Source: a virus (taxonomy: Duplodnaviria; Caudoviricetes). Taken from it: 64,000 nucleotides of DNA. Positions within the stretch are counted from its first letter, which is position 1; every line of letters begins with the position of its first letter. Position numbers and translations under genes: made by a program. Below are positions 30,986 through 40,500 of this stretch, piece by piece. The notes beneath the pieces are model-generated. The model searched no databases. It had not been told where the DNA came from and was given only the letters and a program-made list of their open reading frames with translations. The stretch lies in the IMG/VR virus record IMGVR_UViG_3300033121_001357, positions 30,494 to 94,493 of that record; one strand, 5' to 3'.

Positions 30986-31453
30986 TCACTGTTGTGGCTG
31001 TGAGGATGCAGTAATGGCTGGCTTTTCTGGAAGAGTGGCGGCATGTGGTTTAGCGAGGTTGAATAGAAACGAAACAATAGCAGCTAATATAATGGTGCTA
31101 ACAGCACCAATAATGGTCCACTTGCCCAGAAAGGTGCTCTGAGCAATCTCAATATCTCTGATCCTTTTCTCCTTATCCTTATTTTCAGCCTTCAGATTTT
31201 CTACATCTACGCTAAGTGTGATCACCTTGTTAGGTTCAATGGAGGCAATCTTTGTTTGAATTGCAGAGATTTCTGCCTTAATTGATCCAAGTGCTTCATT
31301 TAACTTGGTGTCTATGTCTGATCTCAATTCAAGGATTTCGTTTCTGAAATCAACAAGATTGGAGAATGACTTCTCTTGTGCGGCGCCCTGTCTTTTCAGT
31401 TCCTCTAGAACATACTTAGACCACTCTGGCCACCCGTTCTGGTTTTCGCTCAT
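30986..31453 (-). CDS. Coiled-coil protein with a C-terminal TM helix (XhlA/holin-like)
   Basis: EKRIRDIE..KWTIIGAVSTIILAAIVSFLF. Confidence 0.55.
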   Translation of the reverse strand: MSENQNGWPEWSKYVLEELKRQGAAQEKSFSNLVDFRNEILELRSDIDTKLNEALGSIKAEISAIQTKIASIEPNKVITLSVDVENLKAENKDKEKRIRDIEIAQSTFLGKWTIIGAVSTIILAAIVSFLFNLAKPHAATLPEKPAITASSQPQQ

Positions 31454-31676
31454 TTTTCGTTCTCCAACTTAAAAGGTAGTACCCGTTTCCCTCCGAATAA
31501 GGTCAATAACCAATAAGACCTTAGGTTAAAACCTATTGTAAGTAGAAGGGTGCTGGAAATAAAGGGGAATAGAATTCCTCGTGTGAGAGACCCGTTCGTG
31601 AACTCACACGTTCATTCTTCGTTAAAACTTGAATGAACCTGAAAATAAATACCGAATTTTACATCTGCTAAGTCTT

Positions 31677-31869
31677 CCCGCGTGAGGACCTGAAATTGCT
31701 GAAAAAATATGGAGCTACCTAGCTTCATATGAGCATTAGCGAAATATGAAGGTGTGAGCTTTTGCGAACAGTGAGTTCCTAAAAAGTAAGAGCGAATACA
31801 TCAAGTTGCAGTTCTCGCATCCTCTCGCGTAAGACCTCGAAATTGCTAAAAAAATATGGAGCTACCTAG
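31677..31869. repeat. Two imperfect direct repeats of about 46 bp in the divergent intergenic region
   Basis: CCCGCGTGAGGACCTGAAATTGCTGAAAAAATATGGAGCTACCTAG (31677-31722) versus CTCGCGTAAGACCTCGAAATTGCTAAAAAAATATGGAGCTACCTAG (31824-31869). Confidence 0.9.
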
Positions 31870-31937
31870 TGAGTTCTGTCGACACTCAAGGGACCCGTAG
31901 TTGCGAGCCCCCGGGGGTCGGATATAGGACTCATGGT

Positions 31938-31971
31938 GTGGTGGTCAGGCGCCACGTTAAACAAACCTGAC
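31938..31971 (+). ncRNA. Leader H-type pseudoknot (first of a recurring family)
   Basis: S1 GTGGTG/CGCCAC, S2 GTCAGG/CCTGAC, linker GTTAAACAAA. Confidence 0.65.
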
Positions 31972-32027
31972 TGGTGCATTCAGTCCACTGGCCAATAATT
32001 AGTGGACATTGAAGCAAGGAGATAGCC

Positions 32028-32339
32028 ATGCTGTCCAACGATTTCTTCCGTTTCATCTTCATCGAGCGTAGTACTCACTCCCGCACGGCAATGCTGGAGA
32101 TGCTGGACGCGCTGTACAACTACTACCCCGAGGGCCGGGAGGAGAACGCGGCCATTCTCACTCTCAGTCTCGACTGCATCAACGCGTGCGAGGGCGAGAG
32201 TGAGAATGAGAAGGACCTCCTCCGCCGCAGGGCCGAGGCCCGGGCCGCGAAGTTCGATCAGAACTTCTTGCAGGATGAGATGCGGGAGCTGGCTGACCTC
32301 CGAATCGCCAAGGAGGCAGAGGAGGCTCAGGACTGGTAA
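32028..32339 (+). CDS. Hypothetical early protein
   Basis: AAGGAG RBS; GC3-rich codons. Confidence 0.7.
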   Translation: MLSNDFFRFIFIERSTHSRTAMLEMLDALYNYYPEGREENAAILTLSLDCINACEGESENEKDLLRRRAEARAAKFDQNFLQDEMRELADLRIAKEAEEAQDW

Positions 32340-32557
32340 GATCCGAGCTTCTTCGCTTCTCTTCCTACAGCCCTCTAGCAGAACGGGCATCACAATAGTT
32401 CTGCTCTCCACTTATACCTATCAGCATCACAACTAAAGTGGTGTTGGTAGATATAAGGGTGCAAGGAAGCCCACTGTGGATGGTCCATAGTGGGTACGGT
32501 TACCTGTCCACTGGGTAGTGGACACGGGCCCTATTGTATAGGGCATGGGGCAGGTAG

Positions 32558-32770
32558 ATGCTGTTCTTGATCTCGTGGCTGCTGAAGGCGAAGTTGCAGT
32601 TCTGGATGCGGTGGGGGAAGTGGACGGCCCGGGGTCTCCTGGGCGCGTACGCGTATATGTACTGCACCAGGTCGGGGGCGATGTTCGTCCCCGTGATCCT
32701 GGCGGCCGTCCTCGTCCTCGCTGTCCGGGAGCGGCGTACGCCGCTCCCCAAGCGGCGACGATTGAACTAG
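32558..32770 (+). CDS. Small membrane protein
   Basis: Hydrophobic MFVPVILAAVLVLAV segment; GC3 bias. Confidence 0.55.
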   Translation: MLFLISWLLKAKLQFWMRWGKWTARGLLGAYAYMYCTRSGAMFVPVILAAVLVLAVRERRTPLPKRRRLN

Positions 32771-32934
32771 GTGATGGGTGTCGAGGACTTCGGTCCTCGA
32801 CATTAAACCACAGCCCCCGTCCAAAGTCGTGGGGCACAGGTGTGCAGAAGCCATCGTCACATAGTGTGGTCGGTGGCACATTCATCGTCTGGCTACGGTC
32901 AGACAATCGCCCTTAGGGGCAGAAAGGCAGCATC

Positions 32935-33552
32935 ATGCTGCGCATCATCTCTCTCTCCCTCGTCCTGTTCGGCGTGTTCGGCGCGTGGCTCGGGATGCTG
33001 ATGGACACGGCGGCCATCGCGACCGCCACCACCAGCAGCATCGCCACCCACCCCTCGTTCGCCGGCATCTCCTGGATCGGCATCGCGGTCATGATCGTCG
33101 GCATGCTCCTCGGGCGCCTGTCCGGCCTCGTCGCCCACCGCGGCAACGTCTCCGCCATCGTCGTGTCCGAGGAGCTCTTCAACCAGGTCGCGGACTTCTG
33201 CGACGTGGAGGTCCGTGACCTCGAGGAGAGCCCGGTGCGGTCCCTGGATGCCGAGGGCATCGAGCAGATCGCGAGCCTCCAGATGAACATTCGGGAGGTG
33301 ATCGCTCGCCTCCCGAAGCCGGCCGATCTGGCCGGTGCCGAGGCCTTCCGCGCCTACAACAAGGCGCAGCGTGAGATGGCGAGCCCGATCGCCACGATCG
33401 CCCGCATCGCTCGCCGTGAGGCGTTCGATGCCCACATCCAGTACCGGCGGGCGCTCCGGGGGACGGTCGGCTTCCCGATGCTCCAGTGCACCCCGTCCTG
33501 CCGGGACATGGCGCAGGTGATTTCTCTGCGGCACAACGGCCTCACTCACTGA
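32935..33552 (+). CDS. Membrane protein (two N-terminal TM helices)
   Basis: Two hydrophobic helices; AAAGG RBS; GC3 bias. Confidence 0.7.
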   Translation: MLRIISLSLVLFGVFGAWLGMLMDTAAIATATTSSIATHPSFAGISWIGIAVMIVGMLLGRLSGLVAHRGNVSAIVVSEELFNQVADFCDVEVRDLEESPVRSLDAEGIEQIASLQMNIREVIARLPKPADLAGAEAFRAYNKAQREMASPIATIARIARREAFDAHIQYRRALRGTVGFPMLQCTPSCRDMAQVISLRHNGLTH

Positions 33553-33649
33553 ACTACTGACTGTCGCCCGTCCTATCCGGGCAACTCTACTACACCCCTG
33601 GTGATAGGGTATCAGGGGAGAAAGGTGTTTAACCCCCATGGGGCATGCC

Positions 33650-34246
33650 ATGGAACGACTGCTCGAGCGGTGTGAAGATAGCGCGACCAAGGGTCGCTTC
33701 GAGAAGCTCATTATTCTGCTGACGCAGGACAAGGAGCTTCGTCTCGAGCTTTTTCCGACGACTCGCGACTTCTTGGTCGCGAGTCCGTTCGGTGGGCTCA
33801 AGATCAGCAACCTCGGCCCGATCACATTCTTGCCTGCGGACCACGTGGTTCATGACGAGAGTGTGATCACTTACCTCGATGTGATCGAGGCGCGCGTCGA
33901 GAGGATCATCAATCGGCGTTACCAGGAGCAGCTTGCTCTGATGACGCATCGCCCCGATGGTCGCATCGATGCTGGCAAGCGTCGGGCCCGGACGTCCCGG
34001 GCACAGCGTGAGGCGGAGGATAGCATCCGTTTCACGCAGCTTCGTTCGCTTTGGGATCTGGGTGCGGTCCAGGTCTCCTTCGCGGATATCGTCACCTTCG
34101 CCGAGAAGCGCGGGTGGCGTGAGGCGGGTGAGGCGCTGGACAACGTGGCTGACTGGCTCGAGACCTGGGTGTCTCAGGGTCGGTTGATTGAGATCGGCGG
34201 TGAGGGCCAGGAGGTCTGGGCCTTCAAGCTGGGAAAGGAGAAGTAA
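33650..34246 (+). CDS. Hypothetical protein (possible C-terminal winged helix)
   Basis: GC3-biased ORF. Confidence 0.65.
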   Translation: MERLLERCEDSATKGRFEKLIILLTQDKELRLELFPTTRDFLVASPFGGLKISNLGPITFLPADHVVHDESVITYLDVIEARVERIINRRYQEQLALMTHRPDGRIDAGKRRARTSRAQREAEDSIRFTQLRSLWDLGAVQVSFADIVTFAEKRGWREAGEALDNVADWLETWVSQGRLIEIGGEGQEVWAFKLGKEK

Positions 34247-34251
34247 GACAG

Positions 34252-35001
34252 ATGGGTGGGTTCCTCATTCTCGTGGCGCTGAACATGGAGAGGGTCCTCA
34301 AGGACCTTCTCTGGTTCGGCCAGGAGAAGGCTAATGAGCGGATGGTTCCGCTCATTAGCCTTCTTGGCACCCTCTCGCCGGTTCTTCGGAACCGGTACTT
34401 CCTCTACCCACATGATGCCCGGTGGGTGGACAACGGCGTCCAGGGCGACGTAATTACGGCGTTGCGTAGCCCGGCCTCGATAACTGAGTGGGCAATTGGA
34501 GTGTGGAAGGCACTTGAGATGGTGCCAGATGCACTTCAGAGCCTTCAGATGCTGGCGACGATGGGTGATGAGGGCATCTGTCTCATGCTTGACTTCTTGG
34601 AAGGCATGGGACTAGTGCCCTGTACGTCACCGGGGCAGGCCTGCACTCATCAGGGGTGCGGGAATCCTGCTCTCATGCCGACCTCGAACGGTGCCCTCTG
34701 CGCGGCCCACTACAAGGTGTGGGTCCGTGGCGGTTTCGAAAGTGAAGCCGAGAAGACGGTCGACTTGCCCGATGTGACCCTAGAGCTGCCTAGTGAGCCG
34801 ACTGGTTGGGATATCGCTCGGCGGGCAGCCGAAGAGCTTGTGCGTGCCTCGGACTATGGTCCGATCGTTCAGGTTAAGGGCCTGGATCGCGCTACGGTCC
34901 TTGTTTCGGTCCTCGAGCGTAGTGGAAAGTCCTCGAGTGTCACGTTGCCCCATGAGAGATGGGTGGAGTTTCTCGCCAGTGTGATCCGCAGTATCAGCTA
35001 A
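34252..35001 (+). CDS. Hypothetical protein with a CxxxxC..CxxH zinc motif
   Basis: CTHQGC..LCAAHY. Confidence 0.6.
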   Translation: MGGFLILVALNMERVLKDLLWFGQEKANERMVPLISLLGTLSPVLRNRYFLYPHDARWVDNGVQGDVITALRSPASITEWAIGVWKALEMVPDALQSLQMLATMGDEGICLMLDFLEGMGLVPCTSPGQACTHQGCGNPALMPTSNGALCAAHYKVWVRGGFESEAEKTVDLPDVTLELPSEPTGWDIARRAAEELVRASDYGPIVQVKGLDRATVLVSVLERSGKSSSVTLPHERWVEFLASVIRSIS

Positions 35002-35055
35002 TCCCTACCTGTCGAGCCCACAACCAGAGTTGTGGGCTTCCAAGTGTGGATTAGT

Positions 35056-35092
35056 GTGGGATGTTGGCACCCACGTTAAATAAGTGCCGACA
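35056..35092 (+). ncRNA. Leader H-type pseudoknot
   Basis: S1 GTGGG/CCCAC, S2 TGTTGGCA/TGCCGACA, linker GTTAAATAAG. Confidence 0.65.
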
Positions 35093-35146
35093 ACAACGGC
35101 CATAGTGGCCATTCTATCGCCTCTGCGGAGGCAAAGGGAGAGCATC

Positions 35147-35602
35147 ATGCTCGGCTCCTTCATGGTGTCCATTCAGTACCTCGTCCACCTGATCAACAAG
35201 ATCAGCAGAAGCTACCACGCGGAGGTGGTGGACCCCCGCGTGGAGTGGGTCCGCGTCAAGAGTGTGAAGAACGACCACGGCTTTGACCTCGGTCCTGTCA
35301 GCTTCCGCAGCTGGGTGCCGCGGCGTGACATCGAGGCCCGGATGATCTGGGCCATCTTCGTCCTGCTCCACGACAAGAGTCTGTTCGAGGAGCGTCAGAG
35401 GGCGTTGGATTTCGTGATGGACGAGATGGCCCGAGAGGGGGATCTGGATCGCTTGGAGGTCTGGCGGGATTTCCTGTATCTGCTGATCCATCCCATTGAG
35501 GACCAGCTCTACAAGGGTGTGATGACCGATGTCGTCGCCGAGCTGGATTTCCACGTCCAGCGGATTCATCGACACCTGGAGATCTCGGCGAACTTGAACT
35601 GA
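35147..35602 (+). CDS. Hypothetical early protein
   Basis: GGGAG RBS before ATG 35147; GC3 bias. Confidence 0.7.
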   Translation: MLGSFMVSIQYLVHLINKISRSYHAEVVDPRVEWVRVKSVKNDHGFDLGPVSFRSWVPRRDIEARMIWAIFVLLHDKSLFEERQRALDFVMDEMAREGDLDRLEVWRDFLYLLIHPIEDQLYKGVMTDVVAELDFHVQRIHRHLEISANLN

Positions 35603-35714
35603 TGCGGTGAGGCCAGTGGGAATTGTTCCAGTTCCCACTGTAAACCCCAGTCCCCGTTGCCAAGGCGTGGGACACTTACCGTGCTAGCAATAGCACAACT
35701 ACAAAGGAGCTATC

Positions 35715-36050
35715 GTGGAATACCTCTTTGGTGTCTGGGGAAATGCTTTCGAGACCAGGGGTCAGGGGCAGACGGAGTTTGGATCTTTCTTCGACTTTCG
35801 TCGGTGCCACATTTGTGGCCGCGAGGAGCGAAAGCCGGCGAACAACCGGTGCTGGGAGCCGTCTCATTGCTCCTGCATCAATGGGTTTGCGTCCATCACG
35901 GAGTGGGATGGCGAAAAGGACCTGGTCGCGTACCGTAACTGCGGCAAGGACGTTCACATCATCTACAGGTCGGGGAAGATCGCCGAGCCCTTCGTGATCC
36001 ACGTTGTTCCACGAGACTACTTCAACTCGCTGGTCAAGCAGCGGTTCTAA
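35715..36050 (+). CDS. Hypothetical Cys-rich protein
   Basis: AAGGAG RBS; GTG start. Confidence 0.65.
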   Translation: MEYLFGVWGNAFETRGQGQTEFGSFFDFRRCHICGREERKPANNRCWEPSHCSCINGFASITEWDGEKDLVAYRNCGKDVHIIYRSGKIAEPFVIHVVPRDYFNSLVKQRF

Positions 36051-36112
36051 TAGTCTGATCAGCCCTATCTGAGTGCGACAGATGGGGCGAATGAGGCTAT
36101 TAGAATTCCTGT

Positions 36113-36147
36113 GTGGTGGCCGGGAGCCACGAAAAATAAACCCGGCT
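36113..36147 (+). ncRNA. Leader H-type pseudoknot
   Basis: S1 GTGGT/GCCAC, S2 GGCCGGG/CCCGGCT, linker GAAAAATAAA. Confidence 0.65.
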
Positions 36148-36202
36148 AGCGCATCCTACCCCTGGCCAACAATTAGGGGTTTCTACGTTCTAGGAGCCAA
36201 CC

Positions 36203-36622
36203 ATGGCGATCATCTCGATGAAGAAGTCCTCGTTCATCCACTACGTCAACATGTTCCTCATGGTGAAGGATTACTCCCAGTTCGAGGACGCCCTGCTGGT
36301 GTTCCTCACCAAGAACTGGCAGGACATTCAGAAGATGCGTTCGTGCTGGGAGGATATGGAGGAGGACGAGACGTCGGGCTTGCCGGCGGCGCTGGTCATC
36401 TTCAGCACGCTGTTCGCCAGCGACTTCCTCTACGATGCTCGAGCCGACCGCCTGATGCGCTTCCTGCGCATCTTGCGGGTTAGCGGGGCGGGCAAGGTGG
36501 TGTTCGATGAGATCATCGCCGACGCGAGGCGAGAGATGAACCTCGAGGAGATGTGGGAGGAGGCGAAGACGGGGCTTTCGGAGAACCCGTTCCAGATCAC
36601 CTTCGAGTTCACTGAGGACTGA
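36203..36622 (+). CDS. Hypothetical early protein
   Basis: AGGAGCCAACCATG start context. Confidence 0.75.
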   Translation: MAIISMKKSSFIHYVNMFLMVKDYSQFEDALLVFLTKNWQDIQKMRSCWEDMEEDETSGLPAALVIFSTLFASDFLYDARADRLMRFLRILRVSGAGKVVFDEIIADARREMNLEEMWEEAKTGLSENPFQITFEFTED

Positions 36623-36681
36623 CGTCGTCTGATCAGGAGGGTGTGGTGCGACACATTCTCCGAATGAGGCTATATCAGTGT

Positions 36682-36714
36682 GCGGTAGCCGAGGCCGCGT
36701 TATAAAAGCCCGGC
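36682..36714 (+). ncRNA. Leader H-type pseudoknot
   Basis: S1 GCGGT/GCCGC, S2 GCCG/CGGC, linker GTTATAAAAG. Confidence 0.6.
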
Positions 36715-36770
36715 AAACAACAACCCGCCCCTGACTGCAAAAATATAGGGGCACATAGAAGGAGCCAACC

Positions 36771-37283
36771 ATGGCCCGTCATTCGATCGTCGTCACCCTC
36801 GCCTCCCTGTCGTACCGGATCCAGGAGATCTCCGGCCTGGAGGGGATGATTCGTCGGTTCATCGGCTACACCCCCAAGACGTACGAGTTGGCGAAGAAGG
36901 AGGCCCTGGCGCTTTGTGCAGAGCACGGTCTCCTCAGTGGTCTCCAGATCATCATGGCGATGGATCCGAAGGAGGCCTCCCCCGTCCAGCAGATCATGGG
37001 TGCCCGCTTCGGCGTCCAGATCGTCAAGTGCACGGATGTGGCGGCGAAGATCCTCCCGATCAAGCATCGGGTCAAGGTCACCGGGTTCACGAAGGAGGTG
37101 ATGGACGAGCTGGAGCGTGAGCTGGAGAGTCTGATCCACCAGAACGCGACCAAGCAGATGGAGGCCTACGGCCTCCTCGAGAAGTTCGGCTTTCGTTCGT
37201 TCAGGTTCGACAACGACGGGAACCTCGTCGCTGTCACTCATCACCCGGTCTGGGGCGAGTCCTGGACCGAGGCCGTCAACTGA
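36771..37283 (+). CDS. Hypothetical early protein
   Basis: Same AGGAGCCAACCATG start context as 36203. Confidence 0.75.
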   Translation: MARHSIVVTLASLSYRIQEISGLEGMIRRFIGYTPKTYELAKKEALALCAEHGLLSGLQIIMAMDPKEASPVQQIMGARFGVQIVKCTDVAAKILPIKHRVKVTGFTKEVMDELERELESLIHQNATKQMEAYGLLEKFGFRSFRFDNDGNLVAVTHHPVWGESWTEAVN

Positions 37284-37512
37284 TCCTGTTCACTGACTGA
37301 GCGGTCGAGGGCTTAGACTCTCGGCCGCTTCCCAGTGCACAGGAGTGCATAGACCTGGCTAAGTCTTAAAACTAGCCTACGGGGGAGGGGGTGCCCTAGA
37401 CACATCCCCTATGCCACACCTGGGCTATCTAATTCAGGTAGCTGACATATACTGCTGCCATGCCATGGGTTGGTATGGGTGTCAGCCAGCAAAACTCCAA
37501 TAGGAGAAACCC

Positions 37513-40500
37513 ATGACCCGTCACGCCGCCGTCATCGCCGCCCTGGTCGCCCACATCAGCGAGCTCGGCGCCCAGGCCCCGACCCACCAGAACAGCCGCA
37601 AGAGCCTGGACGAGATCGCCGAGGCCTTGGGCGTCAAGGTGAAGGGCGCGAAGAAGGGGCCGGACCGGATCGCCACCGAGGCCTGCAACCGGGCCCGGAA
37701 GCTGTCCGAGCTCGACGCCGAGCAGATCGTCGACCACTTCGGCCTCGAGGAGCTGGTCGAGCCGTCCGACGAGAGCCTCGGCAGCGAGGAAGACGTCATC
37801 GACGCGAACACCCACATGGCGGCCAGCCTGGCCGCGAAGGAGGAGGCGATGCGGGAGAAGCAGGTCGCGGAGCAGATCGCGGAGAACGTGATGAGCGCCG
37901 TCGAGAAGACCGACGAGCCCATCACGGAGGAGAAGCGCGAGGAGCACGAGGAGGTGAGTGTGGAGCCGCAGAAGGTGGAGGAGAAGAAGGTGGACGAGCA
38001 GCCCAAGGTCGACAACCCCGAGCCCAAGGTGGAGGAGAAGGTCGAGGAGAAGAAGCCGACCAAGGAGGAGCTCCTCCAGGCCGCCAAGGACTTCGAGCAG
38101 GTCGCGCAGGGCCAGGTGCCCGCCACCGTGCTGAACAGCACGCGGCGCATCGGGCAGTGGACGCTGGAGCTGTTGCCCAAGAACGCGGGCTTCACCATCG
38201 TCAGCTCGAGCCACCAGAAGCGGAACATCTCCGCGACGATGGTCGCGGCCTTCGCCTCGAAGGTCCGGACGATCCCCGTGAATCTGACGGTCGAGAAGTT
38301 CGTCGGTCGGGCGAACGACAAGATCCTCAGCGAGCTGTACAAGTTCAGCATCGACGAGGAGAAGAACATCAAGGCCCGCGGGGAGTTCCTCGCCCGTCTC
38401 GTGAGCATCGAGACCGCGTCCGCGAAGGTCCTGGCCAAGGCCTCGGGCTGGAAGGCCTCGCACCTGCAGGGCGAGCGCCAAAAGATGATGCGGCTCTACG
38501 GCACCGCCAAGGACCGGATCGGAAACTTCAAGGTGGCGCTGGACACGGCGACCACCGGCGATCAGCACGCGGCGAACTTCTACGCCGCGGCCAAGGCGTT
38601 CGGGCTCCTGGAGGAGGGCGCGGACCTCTTCGGGCTGGACATCACCAGCTCGAGCGTCAAGGCGACGATCCCGCAGCCCCCGACGTCGCAGAGCGAGCAG
38701 AAGAAGCCCATCGAGGAGAAGCAGGTCGACAGCAAGTCGACCCCCACCGCGGCCACCGAGCCGCAGCAGGAGAAGCCCGTGACCGAGCGCAAGGCCGGTA
38801 TCATCAGCAGCAAGCTCTACAACGACCGCGTCGAGGTGCTCCGCAAGGAGCACTCGGCCTTCGTCGAGCACAATGAGGAGCGCGAGAAGAAGTTCTGGGC
38901 GGGCTTCGCCGGCCACGTCCAGAAGTTGAACGACCTGCTGTCCCAGCAGGCCACCAAGCACAACGTCCAGGCCGTCAGCAAGCTGATGGCCTCCATCGAG
39001 GACTCCTGTGCGGCCCGCATGGTGCGGATCCAGAAGCAGCAGGAGCAGCAGCAGGACGCGCCCGAGGGCGCCAACCAGCCGACCGATGAGTCGGTGAAGG
39101 AGACCGTCGTGAGCGAGCAGCAGCAGACCACCGAGGCCCCGATCAACACCCAGGATCAGGGGGGCGCGGGCGCGGTCGTCGAGACCAAGACCGAGACGGT
39201 GGTGGAGACCAAGGCCGACGTCAAGACCGAGCAGGCCCCCGAGGCCACGGTCGAGGTCGTGACGGAGGAGACCCCGAAGGAGACCTCGGAGCCCGACGCC
39301 GAGCTGGCGACCGAGGACAAGAAGGACGAGAAGAAGGAGGAGAAGGTGAGCAAGAAGGAGAAGTCCAGCAAGGGCAACTGGACGGTGTGGGGCAAGATCG
39401 TCGCCGCCGCCCTGGCCATGGACAACCGGATCGTCATGTGGGGCGCGCCGCGCAAGGCGCACCGGGACGACTACCAGAAGGCGCTGAGCGCCGTCAAGGC
39501 CTCGATGGAGGGCGCCGAGGACAAGCCGTCCAACGGCAAGAACGTCGGGGCGGTGAAGGCCCTGAACACGTTGCTGTTGGAGACGAACGGTTTGGTGACC
39601 GGCGTGGCCCGCGAGATCGTGGGGGCCCAGACCGTCACCATCGACGGCAAGACGAAGACCATCGCGGAGTGGGAGGGCGGGCAGCTCGAGGCCGTCTTCA
39701 AGAACGGCCACTTGCTGAAGGCGCGCGGCTTCCTGAACCGCAGCAAGCAGGAGATCCTGGCGAAGCCCGAGGCCAAGCAGGCCATCGCCACGAACCTCGC
39801 GGTGAAGCTCACCGAGATGTTGCAGGGGAAGCAGGACCTGCTGCTCCCGGTCCTCGCCCTGGCCTCGTTCTGGATCGGCCGCAGCGTGCCGACCACCGAG
39901 AAGTTCGGTCGGTGGATCAGCCAGCAGGTCGGTGAGATCAAGTCGGACAAGGACTTCGAGTCCTTCGTCTACGACCTGAACAGCCGGCGGAGCCTCGTCG
40001 AGCGCCTCGAGAAGACGGTGCCGAACGAAACCTCCTCGCTCATCGCGGCCAAGGAGAAGCTGGCCGAGATGGAGAAGAAGGCGAACGAGCTGGACGGGGA
40101 TCGCTGCGCCATCGAGCTGAAGATCGACGGGCAGTGGAACCCGGCCCTCTTCAACGAGAAGGACATGGGCCTCTCGTTCGAGGGCCTGCTCAACACCCAC
40201 ATGCAGAAGCTCCTGAACTTCTGCCACAGCGTCCGCACCATCGACGAGAAGGACCCGAAGGTCCTCAACGCCCTGCATATGTGCGGGGTCAGTGGGAAGA
40301 AGGACGAGACCGTCGACATCACCACGATCCAGCACCTGGCCCTGCAGGTGTTCTGGCTGGTGATGGACATGTGCAGCAACAGCCTCGACCAGAGCTGGTT
40401 CGAGGTGCAGTGCGCCCTCCGCAACATGGAGGCGCTCGAGGTCCAGTCCAAGACCCCGAACAAGCGTGGGGTCATCAAGGCCACGGCGTGGTTCATCTAC

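Noticed and set aside
31677-31869. CRISPR array
   Set aside because: Only two imperfect repeats about 100 bp apart; no cas genes.
31938-31971. Pistol ribozyme (GCCACGTTAAA resembles the pistol P1/linker; also 35056, 41252, 62523)
   Set aside because: Only the P1 and pseudoknot part is present; P2, the GCG junction, P3 and the GU cleavage site were not found.
36073-36103. Sigma70-like promoter GCGACA-17bp-TATTAG (and GCGACA-17bp-TATATC at 36648)
   Set aside because: The spacer bases covary with an upstream complementary strand, which a hairpin explains better. Not fully excluded.
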